From Alphaproteobacteria bacterium UBA7314 (lineage in GTDB: Bacteria; Pseudomonadota; Alphaproteobacteria; MPNO01; UBA830), in assembly GCA_002471575.1 (NCBI GenBank), contig DKQG01000046.1, positions 108,853 through 172,852 on the forward strand: 64,000 nucleotides of DNA, given 5' to 3'. Shown piece by piece: positions 20,256 through 29,410 of this stretch. The notes beneath the pieces were generated by a model that saw nothing but the letters and a program-made list of their open reading frames with translations, made no database searches and had not been told where the DNA came from. The translations under genes and the position numbers were made by a program. Each line of letters begins with the position of its first letter. The stretch's first letter is position 1.

Positions 20256-20261
20256 TCGACA

Positions 20262-20657
20262 CTACTTCAGCATTATCGAAGACAAGTACGTCCCGATCCC
20301 GGCAACCGCGGCGGTAAGTGCCGTTCCCCAAGCAATATCCACAAGGACCATCGCCAGAGGCCAGTCACGCAAAGTTGCATAATTGGTCATGTCATATGTC
20401 GCGTAACAGAAGAACCCGAAAAGCGCGCCACTAATCGCCGCCACTTTCCAGTTTTCGGCTCCCCAGACGCAGAACCACACGATCCCCGCAACGTAGAAAA
20501 CATAAAACAGCATGGCTGCTATCGGACGGAACTCATCCGCCAGCAGATGACCAATCTGCTCCCGGTAAAACGATTTCGCCGCAGCTCCGATCCAGGCCAA
20601 GTCGATCACCAGGAAGACGACGGCGCAAATCAACCAGGTCAGCAAGAACTTGGACAT
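20262..20657 (-). CDS. DUF2177-family membrane protein
   Basis: DLAWIG...FY..QIG...YATYDMTNYATLRDWP...VDIAWG pattern. Confidence 0.85.
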   Translation of the reverse strand: MSKFLLTWLICAVVFLVIDLAWIGAAAKSFYREQIGHLLADEFRPIAAMLFYVFYVAGIVWFCVWGAENWKVAAISGALFGFFCYATYDMTNYATLRDWPLAMVLVDIAWGTALTAAVAGIGTYLSSIMLK

Positions 20658-20733
20658 AGGATTCCTCCGGTTTCGCTTTGAGTAGATATACGCAGTTACT
20701 CAACAACCGGACCACCAGCAATACAGCTGGGCG

Positions 20734-20985
20734 TCACGACCGCCCCGTTTCCCGCATCATCTTCACAATCGTGGAAAAATCCATTTCTCCGTCGCGGTTC
20801 TCGCAAAAGGTCTCGTACAACGCTCATCCATGCTCCCCCAAAGGCGTAACAGCCCACGTCTTGGCCGCACGCTCCACCTTTTCGGTCACGATATCGTAGG
20901 CGGTGACGTCGTGTCCTGCCTTGACCAAATTGAGCGACATCGGCCCGCCGATGTTTCCGAGCCCGATAAAAGTGATTTTCGACAT
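20734..20985 (-). pseudogene. Internally deleted 3-hydroxyisobutyrate dehydrogenase (mmsB-like)
   Basis: N-terminus MSKITFIGLGNIGGPMSLNLVKAGHDV joined in frame to the C-terminus TPLGEHG*ALYETF...DFSTIVKMM; the middle of the protein is missing. Confidence 0.85.
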
Positions 20986-21077
20986 GAAACTCTTCCGTCC
21001 GCCGCCGCTGCTTGGCGACATGTCTCGTAGATCGCATAATGCCTTTCTTCAAACACCGGTAGCAATGGGAGGCGGGC

Positions 21078-22094
21078 ATGTTCCTGCGGAATTACTGGTA
21101 CGTCGCGGCGATGCCGCAGGAACTGGAGAACGGCGCTCTGCTAGGACGATGGATATTGGACGAACCTGTCCTTATCTACCGTACCGCTGACGGCGAAGTT
21201 ACTGCGATGCGCGATATCTGCCCGCACCGCTCGGCGCGACTGTCGGCCGGCGAACGCGACGGCGATACAGTGCGCTGCCTCTATCACGGCCTGGAATTCG
21301 GGCCCGACGGCACATGTCTTCGGGTCCCGGCCCAGGACGGCACTCCACCGAACGGGCTGCGCGTTCAATCATACCCGGTTGCGGAAAAATGGCGGCTGAT
21401 CTGGATATGGATGGGCGCCCCCGAGCTCGCGGATGAAAACCTGATTCCGGATTTTCACTGGAACGACGATCCCGACTGGTTTCCGGTTGGGGACTACATG
21501 CATCTGGACTGTCACTACCAGTTGCTCGCTGACAACCTGATCGATCTCTCGCACGAAGCCTATGTGCACCGCGGTACTATCGGAACCGATGCTGTTTCCG
21601 AAACACCTGCAACGGCGCGGCTGGATGGCGAACATGTGACGGTGGAACGGATTATGCCCGGGTGTCCGGCACCGCCTTTTTATCGAAAACTCAAAGGGTA
21701 CGACGGTACGATCGACCGGATGCACCGCATCCATTTCGATCCTCCCGCGACCATAATGATCGAAAGTAAATCGACGCCAACCTCCAGCGCCGAGCCCGAC
21801 GACGGCTTGGAATATCGGGTGTTGTGCGCGATCACGCCGGAATCCGAATTATCGACGCATTTCTTCTGGGCTGTGCCACGAAATTTCAACCCGGAGCGGC
21901 AGGTGACCGAAATGATGTATCAGGGTTCAAAGGCAGTGTTCGAGGAAGACATCGATGTGCTTAACCGGCAACAGGAAGTGTTGAACCGCGTGGCGACGGG
22001 GTCTGACTGGCAGAATATTAATTCAGACGCTGGGTCAGTCTACGCCCGCCGGGTTATTGAGAAACTGCTGACGACGGAAGCACAGGCAGAATGA
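21078..22094 (+). CDS. Rieske non-heme iron oxygenase (VanA-like)
   Basis: CPHRSARL...CLYHG; DNLIDLSHEAYVH. Confidence 0.92.
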   Translation: MFLRNYWYVAAMPQELENGALLGRWILDEPVLIYRTADGEVTAMRDICPHRSARLSAGERDGDTVRCLYHGLEFGPDGTCLRVPAQDGTPPNGLRVQSYPVAEKWRLIWIWMGAPELADENLIPDFHWNDDPDWFPVGDYMHLDCHYQLLADNLIDLSHEAYVHRGTIGTDAVSETPATARLDGEHVTVERIMPGCPAPPFYRKLKGYDGTIDRMHRIHFDPPATIMIESKSTPTSSAEPDDGLEYRVLCAITPESELSTHFFWAVPRNFNPERQVTEMMYQGSKAVFEEDIDVLNRQQEVLNRVATGSDWQNINSDAGSVYARRVIEKLLTTEAQAE

Positions 22095-22127
22095 AAAGCG
22101 AAACGCCGGCGTGACCGGTGTCTGTAC

Positions 22128-24401
22128 CTAGAGCTTATTCAATAACATCATCAAACGCCTTGGCGTCACGGGTAGCTCTGTCACCGCGCCGGGCGCTCCC
22201 AAGGCATCGTCAATTGCGGAGGCTACCGCCGCGCCAACAGCATTGATCCCGCCCTCACCCGCGCCTTTGATCCCGAGCGGATTCAGAGGGCTTGGGGCAT
22301 CTTCGGTCAGCACAATCTCCGCCTCCGGTACTTCCGTTGAACCCGGCATGATGTAATCAGCGAAGGTTGACGAGAGCGGTTGACCCGACCCATCATAGAT
22401 AAATTCCTCGAACAGGGCTCCGCCAACTCCCTGGGCCAGACCACCCTGGAGCTGACCCTCCACCAGCATCGGGTTGATCGCACAACCGATATCGTAGGCG
22501 ATCATGAATTTTTCGACGGTCGTAATCCCCGTTTCACGGTCGATAGCGACTAGCGCGGCGTGCAACCCATATGGATAGTTCATGTGCGTCGTGTCGTAGC
22601 GGCCTTCGGCAGACAGCACAGCATCGTCCGACGCCGCGACCATCTCGGCGAATGAAATCGAGGCACCTGACCCGGCATCGCGGGCCTCACCATCCCCGAA
22701 CTCGATATCGGCAGCATCGGCCTGAAGTTTTTCCGCCGCCAGATCGCGTAACCGGTCACTCAGGGCTACACTCGCCAGACGCGTCGCTTCACCGGTCATC
22801 ACTGTCGTGCGCGAAGCGTGGCTGCCATAACCTTCGTCGATGAGGTCCGTACGTCCGTGCTGAACCTCGATCGCTGCGTAATCGACTCTCAAAGTTCCGG
22901 CACATATCTGCGCCATAACGGTTAGCACGCCCTGCCCCAGATTTGCTGCGCCGGTGACGACCGTGACCTTGCCGTTGGCATCGAGATCGACCCGCACTTT
23001 GTCGGTCGGACCCAAACCTGATTTTTCCACGAAGAAACCGAGCCCGGCGCCGACGGTTTCACCTCCCGCACGCCGGCGCTCGACCGAGTTGCGCAGCTCA
23101 GCCCAGCCGAACCTATCAAGGGCATTTTCCAGAAGTCCGGCGTAATCCCCTGACTCCAGCACCACATCGACTTCAAGCGCATCCAGCGGACGCGTGTAGG
23201 GTATGGCATCGGCCGGTATCAAGTTGCGTCGCCTCACCTCTACGGTGTCGATTCCGACCCGACCAGCAACGGCATCGAGCAAACGCTCGCGGACAAAGGT
23301 TCCTTCATAGCGACCCGGCGCGCGATACGTTGCCGCCGGCGTCTTGTTCGTCAAGCGAACATGCCCGGCTACCCGGTAGGCAGGCACCTCGTATGGGCCT
23401 AGCATTAGGCCCGCCGTCATATCAGGAACGCGGACACCATGGGTGCGCAGATACGCGCCCTGATCGTGAAAGAACTCATTGTCGATGCCGAGAATACGCC
23501 CGTCGGCGTCGATGGCAGCGCGGATACGATGTGTCTGTTGTCGCGACTGGTTAGCACTCAGCAGATGCTCACGCCGATCCTCGATCCAGCGCACCGGGCG
23601 TCCGAACCGGACCGCAGCGGCGCAAATGACGAAATCTTCGGGATATAACTCACCGCGGATGCCAAATCCGCCGCCCACACTGCCTTCGAAAAGATCCACG
23701 CTCGCCGGATCCAACCCGAGGGTCCGCGCGATCTGATCGCGGTTGGGGTGCGCACGCTTGGTGGCACCGTAATATTCCAGTCCGCCGGAGTCGGGGTTGA
23801 TCCGCGCAAGACCACCCCGGCATTCCAACGGTACTCCGGAATGACGTCCGGTGCGCAACTCCAGTTCGACGATATCGTAGGCAGCATCAAAGGCCGCTTC
23901 TAAATCGCCATATCCCTTTTCAATAATCGTCGCTTCGGTATCGTTATCGCCTGCGAACTCTCCCGGCGCCACTGTTGCGTCGGTAATGGGCGGCTTTTCG
24001 TCGATATCGGCCCTGACTAGGGCGGCAGCATCCTCCGCCGTATATTCGTCTTCCGCGAAGACGATGGCGACCGGTTCACCTACGTAGCGCACCCGTCCCG
24101 TCGCCAGTACTGGCTGCCTATAGGGTTCGAGGCCTGTGTATTTTGTAGCGCGAAACTCGATCGGCGGGATGTCGGCAACGTCGCGCGCTGTCCATATGGC
24201 ATGCACACCCGGTATCTCCGCCGCGATCGTCGTATCGATCAACCGGATATCGCCGTGGGCGACACTGGACCGCACCACACGCATATGCACCGTATCAGGA
24301 AATTGCCAATCGGCGGCGAACGTGCCCTCCCCTGCAAGCAGCGGAGCATCTTCCAGCCGCAAAACCCGCTCTCCAATCGGTCCCCGCTTGATGTTTGTCA
24401 T
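22128..24401 (-). CDS. Xanthine dehydrogenase/CoxL-like molybdopterin-binding subunit
   Basis: RLEDAPLLAG, VGGGFGIRG, ATYRAPGRYE and LGIKGAGEGG motifs; start MTNIKRG overlaps the amidase stop. Confidence 0.9.
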   Translation of the reverse strand: MTNIKRGPIGERVLRLEDAPLLAGEGTFAADWQFPDTVHMRVVRSSVAHGDIRLIDTTIAAEIPGVHAIWTARDVADIPPIEFRATKYTGLEPYRQPVLATGRVRYVGEPVAIVFAEDEYTAEDAAALVRADIDEKPPITDATVAPGEFAGDNDTEATIIEKGYGDLEAAFDAAYDIVELELRTGRHSGVPLECRGGLARINPDSGGLEYYGATKRAHPNRDQIARTLGLDPASVDLFEGSVGGGFGIRGELYPEDFVICAAAVRFGRPVRWIEDRREHLLSANQSRQQTHRIRAAIDADGRILGIDNEFFHDQGAYLRTHGVRVPDMTAGLMLGPYEVPAYRVAGHVRLTNKTPAATYRAPGRYEGTFVRERLLDAVAGRVGIDTVEVRRRNLIPADAIPYTRPLDALEVDVVLESGDYAGLLENALDRFGWAELRNSVERRRAGGETVGAGLGFFVEKSGLGPTDKVRVDLDANGKVTVVTGAANLGQGVLTVMAQICAGTLRVDYAAIEVQHGRTDLIDEGYGSHASRTTVMTGEATRLASVALSDRLRDLAAEKLQADAADIEFGDGEARDAGSGASISFAEMVAASDDAVLSAEGRYDTTHMNYPYGLHAALVAIDRETGITTVEKFMIAYDIGCAINPMLVEGQLQGGLAQGVGGALFEEFIYDGSGQPLSSTFADYIMPGSTEVPEAEIVLTEDAPSPLNPLGIKGAGEGGINAVGAAVASAIDDALGAPGAVTELPVTPRRLMMLLNKL

Positions 24402-25681
24402 GCGCCGATTGCGTCCAGTGTCCAGCGCGATATCGCCATTAGCGCCCGATCCGCCCGATAGGGTGCGACAAGTTGAATGCCCACCGGCAGGCCGCTCGGG
24501 CCTGTGTGAACCGGCAGCGTAATCGTAGGCACGTGGAGCATCGTCCAAAGTGCCTGGAAGCGTGGGCTGCCGGTATCGGTGAGCCCGACAGGCGCTTCGC
24601 CGTCGACCACCGGAGTCAGCAAAACGTCGCATCCCTCGAATGTCTGGTTCATCCGCACCCGGCACGTTTCCATCAGATACATCGCGTCAAGATAGTCCTC
24701 GAACGGCGTATCTATACCGTACTGTAGGGTATTTTGAAGCTGTTCGCTGAGACGGTCTTTGTCGTTGGCCCATTCGCCCGCCATCGCAACCGCGCGCTCG
24801 CGTGCGTTGATCCGGCCCCTCACATCGGCCAGCCACTCGAACTCCTCGGGCAGTTCGAAATCGCGGATCGTCGCGCCGGCCGCGTTCATCGCATCCGCCG
24901 CTTTTTCGACTGCCTGCTGGGTTTCCGCCTGCGCATCGTCCCACATCCAGGTTTTGCAGAGACCAACGACTGGTGGCCGTGGCATGTCCGGCGCAGGTTG
25001 GTGATCCTTGGCCAAAAGAGCAGACGTAACCAGTTCGACATCGTCGACGGTGCGCGCGTGCAGCCCCAGCGTATCTAGGCTTTCGGCTGCAGGAAAAACG
25101 CCTTTCAGGCTGAAGGTATCGAAACTCGGCTTGAAGCCGACGATGCCACAATAGGATGATGGACGCAGCACCGAGCCGCCGGTCTGCGTTCCAAGCGCTA
25201 CCGGCACCATGTTATCGGCCACGGCCGCGCAGGACCCGCTGGAAGAACCGCCCGGTGTCCGCGCGGGATCATGGGGATTTGCCGTTTTGCGTGAGGTTAA
25301 CCCGGCGAATTCGCAGGTGACGGTTTTGCCAAGGATCACCGCTCCAGCAGCTCGCAGCCGCGCCACGCAGGACGCATCCGTCTGCGGGCGGTAACCATCA
25401 TAGATGGGCGACCCCATGCCGGTGGGCATATCCCTTGTATCGATAATGTCCTTTACGCCGACTGGAACCCCGGCAAGAAGCCCCTTGTCGGCGGTTGCAT
25501 CCACTGCCCGCGCCTGCGCCAATGCTAGATCCGGGTCGATAAATTCCCAGGCCATTACTGCGTCCTCTCGGGTCGCGACCCGGTCGAGACACCCTTGGGT
25601 GACGGCCTCGGCTGTGAAACTTCCAGAAGCGACGCCCGAAGAGATCTCGGTGGCCGAGAGCGAATTCAAATCCGCTGCCAT
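24398..25681 (-). CDS. Amidase-signature family enzyme
   Basis: GVKDII, TPGGSSSGS and GTQTGGSVLRPSSYCG motifs. Confidence 0.92.
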   Translation of the reverse strand: MAADLNSLSATEISSGVASGSFTAEAVTQGCLDRVATREDAVMAWEFIDPDLALAQARAVDATADKGLLAGVPVGVKDIIDTRDMPTGMGSPIYDGYRPQTDASCVARLRAAGAVILGKTVTCEFAGLTSRKTANPHDPARTPGGSSSGSCAAVADNMVPVALGTQTGGSVLRPSSYCGIVGFKPSFDTFSLKGVFPAAESLDTLGLHARTVDDVELVTSALLAKDHQPAPDMPRPPVVGLCKTWMWDDAQAETQQAVEKAADAMNAAGATIRDFELPEEFEWLADVRGRINARERAVAMAGEWANDKDRLSEQLQNTLQYGIDTPFEDYLDAMYLMETCRVRMNQTFEGCDVLLTPVVDGEAPVGLTDTGSPRFQALWTMLHVPTITLPVHTGPSGLPVGIQLVAPYRADRALMAISRWTLDAIGA

Positions 25682-25682
25682 C

Positions 25683-28010
25683 TCACGCTTTCTCCGCATC
25701 GCGTATTGCCGCCCAAACTCTCACCGGACTGGCTGGCATGTCAAGGTCTCGGATTCCCAGCGGGCTTAGCGCATTCATCACAGCATTCATCATGACCGGC
25801 ATGGCCCCAACACAACCGGCCTCACCGACGCCTTTAACACCGAGCGGATTAGTCGCGGTGGGCACTGAATTCGCCTGAACTTTGATATTGCAAAAGTTAT
25901 CGGCTCGCGGCATGCCGTAATCCATGAATGAGGCCGTCAGCAACTGACCGTCTGCATCATAGACCGTATTTTCCAACAGAATCTGCCCCACACCCTGCGC
26001 CACGCCGCCATGAACCTGTCCATGCACCAGCAGCGGATTCAGTATCGTACCGAAATCGTCGACGACGACGTAGTTCAGCACTTCAACCATGCCGGTTTCC
26101 GGATCAATCTCGACCTCGCAGACGTGACAGCCGTTCGGATAGCTAGGCTCCTTACCGTGATAGGCGGCATGGGCGAGCATGCCAGGTTCCATACCTCCGG
26201 GCAGGTTTGCACCCGTAAACGCGTTTCGAACAACATCCGCCAGAGATACGTTTCGGTCGGTTCCGGCAATGGTGTAGGTACCGTCTTCGAACTCGATATC
26301 ATCGACCGCCACCTCTAGCACGACAGAGGCGATTTGACGCCCCTTTTCGACAATCTTGTCAGCGGCCATCACCAACGCCGCCGTGCCCATGGCGGACGAC
26401 CGCGAACCACCGGCACCGGTGCCGTGGGCCAGCCGATCGGTATCGCCCTCGATCACACGCACCTGATCGGCTTCCAGTCCAAGCCGGTCACACAAAAGCT
26501 GGGTGTACATCGTGGTGTGCCCTTGGCCCTGATTGGTCGTCCCGGACAGCATTGTCACTGTACCGGACGGATCGAAACGGATCTCCGCGGTTTCGACACC
26601 GGGCGGCGCGGCGCGTTCAATGGCATTGGCAACACCGAGTCCCCGAAGTTTGCCGTCCGCATCCGACTGAGCTTTTCGCGCTGCGTACCCATCGACGTCG
26701 GCCAGACGCAACGCGTCGTCCATATTTTTCTCGAATTCGCCGGAATCGTAGGTGAACGTCAGCGATGTCTTATAGGGCATCGCATCGGCGGGAATCACGT
26801 TGCGGCGGCGGAGGTCAATGGGGTCAAAGCCAAGCTCGTACGCTGCGATGTCAATCATACGTTCTATAATGAAGGCGGCTTCTGGTCGGCCTGCCCCGCG
26901 ATAAGGCGCTGTCGGGTGACTGTTGGTGAAAACGCCGACAACCTCCACGTAGGCTGCGGGAGTTGTATAGACGCCGGACAATGTACCCAGATTGTTAGTC
27001 GCAGGGCCGGCGCCGATGGGTGAGAAATAGGCGCCGATGTTTACTAGGTTGCGGAGCCGAAATCCAAGGAACTTGCCGTCCTTATCAAGAGCCAGTGCTG
27101 CATCCGCGACGTTGTCTCGCGCATGAAAATCAGAGAGAAACCCCTCGGTCCGTTCGCTGGTCCATTTTACCGGGCGTCCTGACTGCCGTGCTGCGAATAG
27201 TGCCATCAGGTATTCCGGATAGACATTCGCTTTGATTCCGAAACTGCCCCCGACATCGGGCGCAATCACCCTTATCTGAAATTCATCTACGCCGATTACG
27301 GTTGCGGAGAGAATTTTGCGCACCAACCAGGGGTGCTGCACCGGCGCTCGCAACGTGTAGTGATCTGTCCGCCCATCGTGAATAGCGAGACAGGCGCGCA
27401 TTTCCATCGCATTTCCCAGCACTCGGTTGATGTTGAACCGCTGCTCGATGACGTGGTCGGCCCGGTCGAAAGCATTTTCCGTCGCGGGCTTGTCGCCAAT
27501 CTCGTGCACCAGGGCTTCATTGTTGCCGATATCAGGCCACAAGATTGTTGCGTCGTCATCGAGGGCCGAGGCCGTGTCAGCCGATCCCGGCAGGGGGTCG
27601 TAGTCGACCACAACCAGATCAGCGGCATCTTTCGCCTGGGTCGCCGTTTCAGCGATCACGAAAGCCACGCCCTCGCCCACCATTCGCACACGGTCGACTG
27701 CCAGCGGGTAGAAATCAGGCAAAATGAAATTGGCGCCACCCCGGCGTTTCACCGGTGGCCCGATATGAGGGATCGTTCCCCAACCCGCGTCGGTGTAGTC
27801 CCGTCCGGTAAAAACAGCGACTACACCTTCAGATGCTAGCGCAGCGGACGCGTCTATCCCCGCAATATCGGCATGGGCATGCGGTGACCTGACGACAACA
27901 CCATATAGTTGACCGTGTGCATTATCGTCATCGATAAAATCACCGCGGCCAGTCAGCAGCTTCGGATCCTCGAACCTAGGTATGGATTGACTGATCCCGT
28001 ACTCGCCCAC
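25683..28010 (-). CDS. Xanthine dehydrogenase/form II CoxL-like molybdopterin-binding subunit
   Basis: RFEDPKLLTGRG, VGGSFGIK, APYRGAGRPE and LGVKGVGEAG motifs. Confidence 0.92.
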   Translation of the reverse strand: MGEYGISQSIPRFEDPKLLTGRGDFIDDDNAHGQLYGVVVRSPHAHADIAGIDASAALASEGVVAVFTGRDYTDAGWGTIPHIGPPVKRRGGANFILPDFYPLAVDRVRMVGEGVAFVIAETATQAKDAADLVVVDYDPLPGSADTASALDDDATILWPDIGNNEALVHEIGDKPATENAFDRADHVIEQRFNINRVLGNAMEMRACLAIHDGRTDHYTLRAPVQHPWLVRKILSATVIGVDEFQIRVIAPDVGGSFGIKANVYPEYLMALFAARQSGRPVKWTSERTEGFLSDFHARDNVADAALALDKDGKFLGFRLRNLVNIGAYFSPIGAGPATNNLGTLSGVYTTPAAYVEVVGVFTNSHPTAPYRGAGRPEAAFIIERMIDIAAYELGFDPIDLRRRNVIPADAMPYKTSLTFTYDSGEFEKNMDDALRLADVDGYAARKAQSDADGKLRGLGVANAIERAAPPGVETAEIRFDPSGTVTMLSGTTNQGQGHTTMYTQLLCDRLGLEADQVRVIEGDTDRLAHGTGAGGSRSSAMGTAALVMAADKIVEKGRQIASVVLEVAVDDIEFEDGTYTIAGTDRNVSLADVVRNAFTGANLPGGMEPGMLAHAAYHGKEPSYPNGCHVCEVEIDPETGMVEVLNYVVVDDFGTILNPLLVHGQVHGGVAQGVGQILLENTVYDADGQLLTASFMDYGMPRADNFCNIKVQANSVPTATNPLGVKGVGEAGCVGAMPVMMNAVMNALSPLGIRDLDMPASPVRVWAAIRDAEKA

Positions 28011-28284
28011 CGTGCCTGTCCTCCAGCCAGAATTTACTGTTACAATATACGTTCTTGACCGACGGAAAGGTAAGTGGGGCGGGGTGTTTTATCCGGCTAA
28101 AACAATCCAACCCAAACGACCTGGCGCCGGTTACGATCCGATCGGACTACTGCCATAAGAGCGGTCTTCCATCGCCGGTTACTCTATATCCAGCGTCTGA
28201 AAGCTCCATTAAAAGGCATTTTACAGCTCAGAAAGAGCGGTTTTCATCGGTCGGCCTAGTTTACAGTTTCGTGTCGCAAAACTG

Positions 28285-28300
28285 TTAAAAAATTCTTAAC
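28285..28300. promoter_or_regulatory. CtrA-binding box TTAA-N7-TTAAC
   Basis: TTAA AAAATTC TTAAC in an AT-rich intergenic region. Confidence 0.6.
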
Positions 28301-28441
28301 CCTCTGATAAGTAGGCCTAATAAAGTTTTCCGTAGTTATTGCGTCGACCTGCACGCAAATTCCAATTTCATCAATGGTGGTTGCGTTGGATGTTGAAGAG
28401 CATCGGCGAACTCGATGAGCACCACCGGCCCTTTGAATTAT

Positions 28442-28708
28442 ATGAGCAGTATCATTGGCGTGAGAAAAAAGGAGATTGTCGTATTCGTGGTGATGTCACG
28501 AGTATTTTTGATAGCGGCGGCAACTGCCTTCCCAAACCTGCGAATCACGATCACCCACGACAGCCAGTTCGACAAGTCGAGCTTCAATTTCGACAAGTCT
28601 CGCTTTAATTCGGTTCTCAAAGTTCCGAAACCCAAGATAACACCGAAATTGGTTCTCGGTACTGCGCTGGTCAGCGCCAATCTGGTGGCGCGTCGGAAGT
28701 GGCGCTAA
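28442..28708 (+). pseudogene. Degenerate PEP-CTERM-like protein remnant
   Basis: Signal-peptide-like start, FDKSSFN/FDKSRFN tandem repeat, C-terminus KVPKP...LVLGTALVSANLVARRKWR. Confidence 0.45.
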
Positions 28709-28753
28709 ACCGCGCAGACATCTGTCAAAGAGTGGGTCGATGACCCGCTTTTT

Positions 28754-29410
28754 TTATGACTTGTCGGCTGGAAGCGCGGTAATACGAATTCCCGCGCCTG
28801 GTGATTTGTACTTCCGGTTTATCCAGATCAGCAACGACGTTAGGGCCTCGGCCGCGACAGCATTGTCGAGTGGCCCGGCCTCAATCGCGTTCAACCCCGC
28901 TGCCTCTGCAAGCCTTACGACCTCGCTCCGTGCCGTCGGGTCATCACCTGTCACCAGTACATCGCATTCGATGACATGCGCGGGATCCTGCAGATGCCCG
29001 GCCGATACATTCTGAAAAGCGGAAACCACACGGACACCCTCGCCCAGAACGGTCTGCGCGATATGCGCCGCACTGCCTTCTTCGGGTAACTGAACGCGCA
29101 TAACCCTCGGCGGCACAAGCGGAACCGTCACATCGACCAGTACCTTGCCCTGCAGGGTCTCTCGCAGCGCCGTGAGCGTTGTCCGTTGCGCCTGGTAGGG
29201 CACCGTCAGCACCGCGATATCACATGCCGTAGCAGCAGTCGCGTTATCCATTCCCTCTGCACCGATCTTCGCCGCGAAATCGACGGCACGCTCTTCAGAC
29301 CGCGATCCCACAAGCACCCGGTATCCTGCAGCCGCCCAGCGTGCAGCGAGCCCCGACCCCTCTGCCCCTGTTCCGCCTAGCACTGCAATTACCGGAAGCT
29401 GATCGATCAT
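28754..29410 (-). CDS. npdG: NADPH-dependent F420 reductase
   Basis: IAVLGGTGAEGSGLA, GSRS, VDVTVPL, VVSAFQNVSA and LIWINRKYK motifs; coupled to fbiC. Confidence 0.92.
   Translation of the reverse strand: MIDQLPVIAVLGGTGAEGSGLAARWAAAGYRVLVGSRSEERAVDFAAKIGAEGMDNATAATACDIAVLTVPYQAQRTTLTALRETLQGKVLVDVTVPLVPPRVMRVQLPEEGSAAHIAQTVLGEGVRVVSAFQNVSAGHLQDPAHVIECDVLVTGDDPTARSEVVRLAEAAGLNAIEAGPLDNAVAAEALTSLLIWINRKYKSPGAGIRITALPADKS

Noticed and set aside
22128-28010. Calling these subunits aerobic CO dehydrogenase
   Set aside because: Neither has the form I AYxCSFR loop, and no coxS, coxM or accessory genes are adjacent.
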